Assembly: GCA_963787835.1 (NCBI GenBank)
Contig: CAWBEI010000002.1
Location: forward strand, 1,088,001 to 1,152,000
Reading direction: 5' to 3'
Origin: Ignavibacteriota bacterium
Lineage (GTDB): Bacteria > Bacteroidota > Ignavibacteria > Palsa-1295
Length of the DNA stretch: 64,000 nucleotides
Shown: piece by piece, positions 28,617-38,500 of the stretch
Position numbering within the stretch: the first letter of the stretch is position 1
How the letters are laid out: every line of letters starts with the position of its first letter
The notes under the pieces: generated by a model
The model's input: only the letters and a program-made list of their open reading frames with translations
Told to the model about the DNA's origin: nothing
Databases searched by the model: none
Translations under genes and position numbers: made by a program

Positions 28617-29489
28617 GTGCTTCGATATAAAGCTGACCGGCGCACGCTGGTCTTTATGGCCGCAACCACCGCGATGTTTTTCGCGCAGTGGGTATGGGGC
28701 TTTAACGTCGCGATCTATGTAGTCTATCTCTACCTTTCGATCGCCGTGACGGTCATCGCGCACAATCACAATCACATTCCGATCTGGCGCGGAAAGAAAT
28801 TGAACGCGCTTACCGATTATTGGCTGACGATCTTCTACGGGTTCCCGGCCTTCGCATGGATCCCAACGCACAACATGAACCACCATGCGCTAAACAATCG
28901 TGAGGGCGACTACACCATCACCTACCGCCTGACCGAGCACAATAATCTGCTGATGTTGCTTCTATACCCGACCGTCAGTAGTTATTACCAGCAAAAGCCG
29001 ATACGCGATTACCTCAAGCGGCAATGGGCGGAAGACAGGTCATACTACTGGCACTGCGTTTCACAATATATCCTCCTTGCCGTCTGGATTGCCGTGGCGT
29101 TGATCATCGACTGGAAAAAAGCGCTGCTCTTTGTCGTCATTCCGCAGCAGGTGGGGCTATTCAGCGTACTCATCTTCAATTTTGTTCAGCATGTTCACGC
29201 CGATGAAGAGTCCGAATGGAACCACTCTCGCAATTTTGTCGGGTTCCTGAACAAGATGCTATTCAATAATGGTTACCATACCGTGCATCATGAAAAAGCC
29301 GGCTTGCACTGGAGCAATGCGCCCGCTGCCCATGCCAAAGTTGCTTCCAAGATCTCTCCCGATCTACAGCAACCCGGATTCTGGAGCTTTATCTTCAAAT
29401 CCTATTTTCTCGGTATGGTTGTACCACGCTACCGCACACACTCGATGCGACTAGAGCGAATCGCCCGACAGAAACAGATCACTGTTTAG
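28617..29489 (+). CDS. Membrane fatty-acid desaturase family protein
   Basis: His boxes HNHNH, HNMNHH and HTVHH with TM segments. Confidence 0.88.
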   Translation: MLRYKADRRTLVFMAATTAMFFAQWVWGFNVAIYVVYLYLSIAVTVIAHNHNHIPIWRGKKLNALTDYWLTIFYGFPAFAWIPTHNMNHHALNNREGDYTITYRLTEHNNLLMLLLYPTVSSYYQQKPIRDYLKRQWAEDRSYYWHCVSQYILLAVWIAVALIIDWKKALLFVVIPQQVGLFSVLIFNFVQHVHADEESEWNHSRNFVGFLNKMLFNNGYHTVHHEKAGLHWSNAPAAHAKVASKISPDLQQPGFWSFIFKSYFLGMVVPRYRTHSMRLERIARQKQITV

Positions 29490-31698
29490 TAACGCTTTTG
29501 GTTTCCATCCGCCCAGCAAGATGGCAAACGACAAAATAGACTCCACTCGGGAGCGACTCAATCTCTATCGACGATGTCGTAAGTGCCGGAGCACTTGCAT
29601 CGAGAACCTCTCTGCCAATTACATCATAGATCGCGATCGAAGCAGGAAGCACATCATCGTTTTTCACGAACAGTTCGTCACCCGCCGGATTTGGGTACAC
29701 GGATATCTCTTGTGAAACAATTGAAACTTCTTCAACTCCGCTTTGCACTCCGAGTGTTTTTACTGCCCAATGATTATCCTCGTTGTCAGTGACGCAAAGT
29801 GAAATAGCCTGTCCGCCAATATAGATCGTTAAACTCGGGAGCACTACCCAACTCGACGAAAGCTGCGTTGAACTCGGGCGAAACAATGCCGTTCCAAGAT
29901 CGACCGGTTGCGTTGCGAATGAAGAGATATTCTGAATATCGAAATTCACGGTATTGCCCGTATGCGTTACGGAAGAAGTTACCCAGCCATTGGGAGCTAA
30001 ATACGATACATAGCTAACTAACGAAGAGTCCCAGGAATAGGTAGCCTGAATTTCAGTAATGTACGGCCATAAGGAATCAATATTGATCTGGGAGCTGAGA
30101 TCGACACCCAGCGTGAGCGAATCGAGATGCCCAAAGTATGACGAGGCGGACTCTCTATGAATTTGAGCCGGTTGCGATGTAAACGGCGTGCTCACTACGC
30201 CGATAAGCTGGATGGTAGTATCCTTTGCGCCGGAGCCGAGGTTATATTGCAAGTGCAGAAGCGCGGTATCTGGCCCATGCGTGCCGGCATAACTAACGAG
30301 AATACTATCCAATGTGGCAAGCGATCGCGGCTCGGATCGCGAATCTGTGATCTGAAATGCAGAGGAGCCGGTAAGCCAAATGGAATCAAGTTGGCAAGAG
30401 ATAAAGCTACATCCTAAGGTTTTCACGGGAATTGCTGTCTCAGAGGGAACGCAAGAGGACTGACTGATTTGTGAAACAGTCGGAATAGATAAAGTAGAAT
30501 TAGCCCCTTGGGAGAATGTATAGGTAATACTTTCACAGGTTGAGGTATAATCAAGCAAAGCCGCTTCGCACGTAAATAAATATACAGTGTTCAATTCGGT
30601 GCATTGCATCGTATCAAAAGATTTGATCATAATAGCAGCCTGAGAAGTTCGGTTAACGTTTGGCGCTGGCCCGATCCAGGATTTCCCCGTTTTAAGATCA
30701 ATTAAATCGCATGCTTCGACGGTTGGATAATCCCCGGGTATATCCAATCCACCAATAGTTATAATAGAGTCTCCTTGAACGTCGAAGGAAGAACCATAAT
30801 CATGGCCATAGGGTAAAAAACCTCCTGTGCTCCACGATAACGTCGTGGGGTTAAAAACCTGAACGCGTTTCGTTGTAGTCCGATTTTCATTGCGACCGGC
30901 CATCAGCGCAAAATTGCCTTCCGGCGTTTCTACAAGTTGATTATAACCCTCCTCTGCTTCTATCAAAGGACTAAGAAGTTTCCATTTAGAAGTGTTTAGA
31001 TCATAGAATTGAACGAGTCCAACAGGGTGTTCAAAAGAAAGTTGAAAGACTCCTCCTGCCGCAATAATCCCGTTCAGAGTTTTGGAATAGACCATTTCAT
31101 AGCCGTAACACGATGGCTGTGGATTATCAATCGTCGACATCGTCTCGGTTGCGGGGTCGAACTTTTCCGCTAAATTCGTCATATCGGAACTTGTTGAATC
31201 GGTCCCGCCTAGGATCAGAACCTTTCCATTGGGTAGGGTTATTGCTTCAAATTGAGTTCTGGTACGAGCCATGCTTGCAGTATATTCCCAAGTTCCTGAA
31301 GCTGGATCATAAATCTCACAAGTGTTTGTAGGATTAGAATTACTTAGTGTCCATCCGCCAGCAACAAAAATTCTCCCATCTTGCAGCGTTGCATGTGCGA
31401 ACCAAAATCGAGGAGTATTCAAACTACCGGTGATAGACCACGTATCGGACTTCGGGTCGTAAATCTCACATTCGTTTATTGCTGTGGGCTGTATTTCGCC
31501 ACCTATCAATAAAATCCTTCCATCGGGCAATAGAGCACAATCAGGGCGCTCTCTTGCAAGCAAAACAGGTGCAATATATTGCCAAGACTGCGCTTGAACC
31601 AAGTCCGTTCCAAAGAGCACAATGAAAAGCCCTATAAGAAAGCCGCGACACACAATTGCGCGGACGAAGCGCGAAGTACGTAATGAAGATTGCAACAT
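29479..31698 (-). CDS. Secreted Kelch-propeller protein + 1 stalk repeat + cohesin-like domain + T9SS-type CTD
   Basis: Kelch repeats (DGRILLIGG..EIYDP...W). C-terminal LCVTDNEDNHWAVKTLG..VYPNPA. Confidence 0.85.
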   Translation of the reverse strand: MLQSSLRTSRFVRAIVCRGFLIGLFIVLFGTDLVQAQSWQYIAPVLLARERPDCALLPDGRILLIGGEIQPTAINECEIYDPKSDTWSITGSLNTPRFWFAHATLQDGRIFVAGGWTLSNSNPTNTCEIYDPASGTWEYTASMARTRTQFEAITLPNGKVLILGGTDSTSSDMTNLAEKFDPATETMSTIDNPQPSCYGYEMVYSKTLNGIIAAGGVFQLSFEHPVGLVQFYDLNTSKWKLLSPLIEAEEGYNQLVETPEGNFALMAGRNENRTTTKRVQVFNPTTLSWSTGGFLPYGHDYGSSFDVQGDSIITIGGLDIPGDYPTVEACDLIDLKTGKSWIGPAPNVNRTSQAAIMIKSFDTMQCTELNTVYLFTCEAALLDYTSTCESITYTFSQGANSTLSIPTVSQISQSSCVPSETAIPVKTLGCSFISCQLDSIWLTGSSAFQITDSRSEPRSLATLDSILVSYAGTHGPDTALLHLQYNLGSGAKDTTIQLIGVVSTPFTSQPAQIHRESASSYFGHLDSLTLGVDLSSQINIDSLWPYITEIQATYSWDSSLVSYVSYLAPNGWVTSSVTHTGNTVNFDIQNISSFATQPVDLGTALFRPSSTQLSSSWVVLPSLTIYIGGQAISLCVTDNEDNHWAVKTLGVQSGVEEVSIVSQEISVYPNPAGDELFVKNDDVLPASIAIYDVIGREVLDASAPALTTSSIEIESLPSGVYFVVCHLAGRMETKSVTKQ

Positions 31699-31725
31699 TG
31701 TCTTATTACATTATTCAGAATTTAT

Positions 31726-33753
31726 TTACTGCACTTTATTAACTCGAAACGTTGTAACCCTGTCTCCAATATGTCCCACAAGCACATACGAACCCTGCGC
31801 GAGCCCTGCTATATTGATGGAACCCGTCGAACCCGCAAGAACATTCCCGCTAGCCACCTCTCTGCCGATCACATCATAGATCGCGATCGAAGCAGGAAGC
31901 ACATCATCGTTCTTCACGAACAGCTCATCACTCGCCGGGTTGGGAAATACTTCCAACTCTTCGCCACCTTTTGGGAGAGGCTGGGTGAGGGGAGTGACTC
32001 CGCTTTGCACTCCCAGTGTTTTCACCGCCCAGTGGTTATCTTCGTTATCGGTTACGCAGAGTGAAATTGCTTGTCCACCAACCTCAAGAGTTAGACTCGA
32101 TAATTGCACCCAACTCGATGCAAGTTGCGATGAACTTGGCCTAAATAACGCTGTGCCAAGATCCAGCGGTTGCATTGGGGAAGAAAAATTGTTCTGGATC
32201 TCAATATGGGCAGTGGTATCAGTATGATTAATGGCAGATATTAACCACCCCGTTGGTTGCATATAGGAGGCATAAGCGACGACCGAAGAATCCCAGGTAT
32301 AATCGGCTTTAATGTCGGAGATATGTGGCCACAAAGAATCGATATTAATTTGCGAGTTAAGATCGACTCCAAGCAGGAGAGAATCAAGCTGACCGTAATA
32401 TGCCGAGGCGGATTCCCGATGAAGTTGTGCGGAGTGTGCTGCTAACGCCGAAGATACGAAACCAATAAGTTGGGTGGTGGTATCTTTTATGCCTGCACCA
32501 ATATTATATTGAAGATGCAGGATCGAAGTATCTGATCCCTGCGTACCATCGTAACGAACAAGAATGCTATCGACTGTGCTAAGTGTTCGCGGAGTGGGTC
32601 GGGGATCAGACAATTGAAATGCTGCGGAACCGGAGAGCCAAAGTGAATCGAGCGTGCCGGTGGGAATTCCGCATCCAACAAGTCCTATTCCGAGAAATGT
32701 ATCGACCGGGGTACTACAAATAGTGTGATTGAGAATGGATGATCGAGAAGGAATAATGAGTGCAGAAGCAGAGGAATTTTGCGCGGTCGCGATCGAATCG
32801 CCTCCGCTATTATCCGTGCGCCACACATTGCCGGCATCATCGACGGCTAACAAAATATTATCATTGATCGCGGCGATCAGCCGCGTATCGAAAGTTACGG
32901 ACGGGCCTCCGATCGAACTCCACGTCACACCATGATCTGTCGAGCGATACACCCCGTTTGAAGTAGATGGACAATAGATAGTTGTTGTTCCCTCCGCAAT
33001 CGAACCGCTAAAAAAGGGTTCCGGCTCGGAAGCCGTTACTTGCCAAGTAGTTCCGAGATCTGTTGTAAGATAGATCTTGGAATATTGATCCGTCCGAACG
33101 GCTCCATCCTCATGGCTTACGTATATTCGATTAGGGTCGCATGAATCGATGGCAAATGAATATGAATCCTGATCAAAACCTGATTTCGTTTGTTGCCATG
33201 ATAATCCAAAGTCCGTGCTGAAAAAAATATAAGCTGGGTCTCCGCTTCCGCCGGACTGATAAATAGTCCCATTCTTATATCTCACGCAAAGTTTGTATTG
33301 TTGTGTGGGTATGTTCCTCCAATTATTTCCACCATCCAAAGTGACTCCAACAGTACTTGCATCCTTACAGGCAAGAGCGATACTATTAGAGTCATTAAGA
33401 AAACAACCGCTGGCTGCGGCTTGTGATAATATTTGCCAGCTTGTTCCACCGTTTCTGGTAATCCAGGCATTGCTGGTGCCTGACAAAACGCCATTCATGG
33501 AATTAAAAAATTGAATATCATATGGCTCATCCGGAAGCGGTTTCTTGATCCATGTAATTCCTGTATCTGTTGAAATGTAGAGTGCATCTGAAGCGATCCA
33601 GACCGTCCCATTCTGAAAGCACATCGCGCCGAACCATTGAGAAAGTATTGTCAAGTTTGGCGCAACGATCCTCCATTGTGCATGAGTGTTACTTGCTGCT
33701 ACCGTGAGAAATAGCATCGCGAACCACAAATTTTTTAATGAGTAAAAACCCAT
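31726..33753 (-). CDS. Secreted BNR/Asp-box beta-propeller protein + 1 stalk repeat + cohesin-like domain + T9SS-type CTD
   Basis: Repeated S/T-x-D/N-x-G-x-x-W boxes and the shared C-terminal module. Confidence 0.85.
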   Translation of the reverse strand: MGFYSLKNLWFAMLFLTVAASNTHAQWRIVAPNLTILSQWFGAMCFQNGTVWIASDALYISTDTGITWIKKPLPDEPYDIQFFNSMNGVLSGTSNAWITRNGGTSWQILSQAAASGCFLNDSNSIALACKDASTVGVTLDGGNNWRNIPTQQYKLCVRYKNGTIYQSGGSGDPAYIFFSTDFGLSWQQTKSGFDQDSYSFAIDSCDPNRIYVSHEDGAVRTDQYSKIYLTTDLGTTWQVTASEPEPFFSGSIAEGTTTIYCPSTSNGVYRSTDHGVTWSSIGGPSVTFDTRLIAAINDNILLAVDDAGNVWRTDNSGGDSIATAQNSSASALIIPSRSSILNHTICSTPVDTFLGIGLVGCGIPTGTLDSLWLSGSAAFQLSDPRPTPRTLSTVDSILVRYDGTQGSDTSILHLQYNIGAGIKDTTTQLIGFVSSALAAHSAQLHRESASAYYGQLDSLLLGVDLNSQINIDSLWPHISDIKADYTWDSSVVAYASYMQPTGWLISAINHTDTTAHIEIQNNFSSPMQPLDLGTALFRPSSSQLASSWVQLSSLTLEVGGQAISLCVTDNEDNHWAVKTLGVQSGVTPLTQPLPKGGEELEVFPNPASDELFVKNDDVLPASIAIYDVIGREVASGNVLAGSTGSINIAGLAQGSYVLVGHIGDRVTTFRVNKVQ

Positions 33754-33765
33754 AAATTCAAATTC

Positions 33766-35547
33766 TTAATGATTCCTAACCACCCTAAGAGAATTTATTC
33801 CCGCTGAAGTTTTCACCAAAAGATTATACACTCCATCCGCATCGGGAAGAGTCAGTTCAATAGGATTATCCTTGGTGATATTGGCTTCGGTCTTGCCTCG
33901 CTCAACTCCAAGCAAATCATAGATCTCGATCGTAACATTACCGAGGTCGTCGCTCGAATAGATCCAAACATTGCCGTTCGCCGGATTGGGATAGACTGTA
34001 ATATCCTGCGAAACGGTCGGAACTTCGGTAACTCCGCTTTGTACCCCAAGTGTTTTTACTGCCCAATGATTATCCTCGTTGTCGGTCACGCAGAGGGGAA
34101 GCGACTGACTGCCAATATCAACAACAAAATTTGTTAAGTTCACCCAACTGGTTGCCAGTTGTGGCGAACTCGGACGAAATAGCGCCGTACCCAAATTCAT
34201 CGGTTGCTCCGGAGATGACCCGGTGTTTTGAATATTAATATCGACGAAAGTATTATGATTTGCAAGGCCGTTCAGTGTCCAGCCGGAAGGCGGAAGATAA
34301 CCGGCATATTTTGCGACTGAGGAATCCCAGGTATAGGTGAACTGAATATCAGAAATATACGGCCACAAGGAGTCGATATTTATTTCCGAGTTGATATCGA
34401 CACCAAGCATAAGCGAATCGACCTGTTCAAAATACGAAGATGCAGCTTCGCGATGAAGTTGTGAAGGAACTCCTGTGGCACCAGATCCGAACGAATATTC
34501 ATAGAGGGAACCGTTCGGCTGATCGTCGAACCCGTAAAGATTTATTCCGTCGCACCCATTTAGGACAGAGAATCGTGTATCATTGTGAGCACTGGGACCC
34601 CCGATGCTTGTCCAAGTTACTCCTTGGTCTGTAGAAAAGTAAAATCCATTGTAAGTAACTCCACCAATCGTATTGTTAACGTCCTGGACCTGGAAGAAAA
34701 GATATTGCTCGCCAAGACCGGCAAAATGTCCCGTGGAAACAAAAGGAAAATTTGCGAGTGGGTTCCAATTGACTCCATAATCCGTTGATCGATAGATTTC
34801 CAGGTTATAGGGCTCGCCGTTAGTATATCCTTCCGGTGCAGCATAAAAATTCGAAGTTCCGGAATCGTCATAAACAGACCAGGACTCGATGTTCATGTTT
34901 GAATTTTGCCATGTGACACCGCCATCCGAGCTGTATAGCCAACTTTCTCCACGGTAACAACTAATTACGCCATGCATCGGGTCAATAAAATCTACGCAAT
35001 TTGTGCTGTTAATGAAACCATCTGAAAAGGTGTTGCCGCCATCGGTTGAGATGTGTCCATTACCAATAATGTCAGTTACGATCATTGCATTCGGGGTTAT
35101 CTGAACAGATGTTCCGGAGCCAACGAGTCGTGTTTCTTCCCATGTCAGGCCTCCGTCCGTTGTTTGCCAAAGTGCTTTGTTCCCACTGCCACCCCACGCA
35201 GTCATGGCGAGCCACCCATGCAAAGGGTCCACCATAATAAGGTCCCCGATCTGACCTCCATATCCACCCGGAATGGATGCTTTTATCCATGTTTTCCCAC
35301 CATCAGTGGTTTTATCAAGTTCAACCGGACCGCTCAAATTCTTGCCCGGGCTCACTCCAAGTCCGACGAAGCCGGTATTGGCATCAAGAAATTTCGCGAG
35401 GCAGATATAGCCATCAAAAGTTCCTATCCTCTTCCATGATTGAGCCTGTACCGAACCAGCTCCTAAAATGAAAATAATAGGTAACAAAAAGCGGATACAA
35501 AGCATACGTTCAAACAAAAACCTCATTATATTTTGACGGTGATTCAT
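33766..35547 (-). CDS. Secreted BNR/YCF48-like beta-propeller protein + cohesin-like domain + T9SS-type CTD (no stalk repeat)
   Basis: TTDGGKTW, TTDGGLTW, SSDGGVTW and STDQGVTW boxes, plus the shared C-terminal module. Confidence 0.85.
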   Translation of the reverse strand: MNHRQNIMRFLFERMLCIRFLLPIIFILGAGSVQAQSWKRIGTFDGYICLAKFLDANTGFVGLGVSPGKNLSGPVELDKTTDGGKTWIKASIPGGYGGQIGDLIMVDPLHGWLAMTAWGGSGNKALWQTTDGGLTWEETRLVGSGTSVQITPNAMIVTDIIGNGHISTDGGNTFSDGFINSTNCVDFIDPMHGVISCYRGESWLYSSDGGVTWQNSNMNIESWSVYDDSGTSNFYAAPEGYTNGEPYNLEIYRSTDYGVNWNPLANFPFVSTGHFAGLGEQYLFFQVQDVNNTIGGVTYNGFYFSTDQGVTWTSIGGPSAHNDTRFSVLNGCDGINLYGFDDQPNGSLYEYSFGSGATGVPSQLHREAASSYFEQVDSLMLGVDINSEINIDSLWPYISDIQFTYTWDSSVAKYAGYLPPSGWTLNGLANHNTFVDINIQNTGSSPEQPMNLGTALFRPSSPQLATSWVNLTNFVVDIGSQSLPLCVTDNEDNHWAVKTLGVQSGVTEVPTVSQDITVYPNPANGNVWIYSSDDLGNVTIEIYDLLGVERGKTEANITKDNPIELTLPDADGVYNLLVKTSAGINSLRVVRNH

Positions 35548-35581
35548 ACTTTCCTCCTTGCATATATCGCTACCGACTCAT

Positions 35582-38500
35582 CTATTGAATTTTGCTAATT
35601 CTTCGAGCGATCATGCGATCACCAATGTGACAGACAAGCACATACGAACCCTGCGCGAGCCCTGCGATATTCATGGAACCCGTCGAACCTCCAAGAACAT
35701 TCCCGGTAGCCACCTCCCTGCCGATCACATCGTAGATCGCAATCGAAGCCGGAAGCGCATCATCATTCTTCACGAACAATTCATCGCCTGCCGGATCGGG
35801 GTAGACGGAGATACCCTGCACTTGGGGTGGAGAATCCTCCACAGCGGCTGTAAGCCCCAGTGTTTTTACTGCCCAATGATTATCCTCGTTATCGATGACG
35901 CAGAGGGAGTTCGTTTGATTCCCAATCGTCAGCAGGAGCCGTGGCATTGTTACCCAGCTCGTGGCGGGTTCGGAGGATTTCGGACGGAACACCGCCGTAC
36001 CGAGATCGAGCGGGTTTTGTGCCCTCCCCGTGCTGTTGTGGATCTCAAAATCGAACGAACTTGCGTGTGCCGTAAAGGATACCAGCGTCCATGGAGTTGG
36101 CGGTAAATACTGCACGGCGCTAACCACGTTCTGGTCGAACGCACACGTCCCCTGAATATCGGTCACTAAGTTCCAAAGAGAATCGAAATTGACCGAGGTA
36201 CTAATATCGAGTTGAAGGGGAAGCGAATCGAGCCCGTCGTAATACGCGGATGAGGATTCCCGGCGCATGTGCGCCGGCTGTGCAAGCAATGGTGACGCCA
36301 CCGTGCCGATCACCGTAAGCACGGTATCCTGCGGGCCAGAACCGACATCGTACCGAATATGCAACTCCGCAGTATCCGAACCACCTCCGTTGGGCGAATA
36401 CAAGACACCGATACTGTCGTTGATCAGCAGCGATCGTGGAACGGAACGGGTATCGCTGATCTGCAGCGTTGGCGACCCGGTAAGCCACACTGAGTCCAGT
36501 TCCCCATTTGCGAGCGGACAGCCGGTAACGCCGATGCGAAGACCTGTATCCGATCCGCCGCAGGACTTGGAAAGGATGCTTTCTACCAAAGCCGGAAGCA
36601 GGATCGCCGGAGGGGGCAGCGGATTCATGACGGTGCCGATCACCGTGATGGTCGTATCTTGCACACCCGAGCCAAGATCATATCTAAGATGCAAAACGGC
36701 GGTATCCGGAGCGGTCGCGCCGGGCAGATATTGTAACTGCACACTATCGAACGAGCCAAGTCCGCGCGGCACGCCGCGAGTGTCACTGATATGGATGGCG
36801 GGTGATCCGACAAGCCATGCTGAATCCAAACGGCCGCCGGAAATGAGGCATCCTGTGACCCAGAGTGAAATGGGAATCGAGAGTGGTACACACGTCGCTT
36901 GTACTATTTGTGGCGATGGCGCCGTTTCAAGCGTCACCGAACGAACCGATGTAGCAAGTGTGCCGATCAGTGTTATGATCGTATCGCGATCCCCGGAACC
37001 TGTGTTATAGACAAGATGGAGATACGTCGTATCCAACCCGGGAGGCGTTGGTGCGTAAACGATGCGAACGCTGTCGACCGAATCGAGTGCGCGAGGAGTC
37101 TTGCGCAGATCGGCTATGCTAAACGCCGATGATCCGGTCATAAATGCGTTCACTAAGGTTACGCCCGGACATCCCGTACCTCCCAACCGGAACGAAGTAT
37201 CCTTGACATTACAGACCGTATCAAGCACAGACTCCGTCGTTGGAGCAAGGAACAGTGTGTTAGAGGTATTTTTAGAAAAACCTATCAGTGTAATAACCGT
37301 ATCCCTGGAACCGGAACCAAGATTATACTGCAGATGGAGGTAGGATGTATCGGCGCCCGGCGGAGTGGGCGTAAAGACAAGATTAACGCTATCGAGCGAA
37401 TCCAGCACACGTGGTATACCGCGCAGATCCACAATATGGAATGCAGAGGAACCAGTGATCGAGGCACTCTCGAGCGTTACGCCCGGGCAGCCGGTCCCGC
37501 CAAGATAGAAGGAAGTATCTTCCGGTTTACCGCACGTCGTATCCAAAACCGATTCAGTTGTGGTGGAAAGGGATAGTGTGGAGGCTCCTGCGGATGTGGC
37601 TTCGGTAATAATATTAGCTGCTGCCTGGGACATCACCCATGATGGCTCAAGTGTAGCCGTATTCGTTGATGGATTCAACCGCTGCTGCATTGCAACGACG
37701 TATGTTGTGTTATCTGGATCTATTGTAAGTGCATAGGACCATTGATTCTGGGAGTAACCACCGACGGTTCCTGTAATTTGCCAGGGATTTGTCCCAACTT
37801 TTGTGTAGATTCGGATAGAATCCCCATCTCCGGTACCGTGGAGCGTTAATGGGTTGACCGGAGTATGGGATGTATCAGTGGATAGACCGCGATATGTCGT
37901 GGCTGTGTTTGGTAAGATGGAAGGATTATTACTAATAGGGCCATCGAAGCGGACTCGGCCATCGCCCCCGCTCCCATTATCAGCATGAGTGTGTAAAGAA
38001 ATCCCTCCTGCAGCAGAGATGGAAGGGAACACACTATTCAATTTTGCTTCTATGGTTAGCCCACCTCCACTTCCGCAGCCTCCAACTGATCCATGATTTA
38101 CACAGCCAAATCCACCAGTGACCCCGCTTTCACCATTAACCTGAACCGAGGCGCTTGGACCAGTAATCTGAGCTGAAAAAAGACACACTCCTCCTCCTCC
38201 TCCGCCCGCAGATGCACCAGGAGTCGAGTTATCTTCATCACAGGAACAGAACTCATTTCCACCTCCTCCACCGCTTCCGCCCATCAGAGGTACCAGCATT
38301 GGATTTCCATTGACAATTCCACCCTGATCATCGTAATTGCCCCGCTCTCCTCGACCGTTTTCACCAATTGTACCGAAACCTCCTCCATTACCGTCGCCCT
38401 CATGTTTGTCATGAGTGACAACCCCACCGCCCTCAGAGATAAATGGATTTCCTGTGCCGCCGTAATACTCGCAATTGGGATTTGCGTCACTTGGCTCTGG

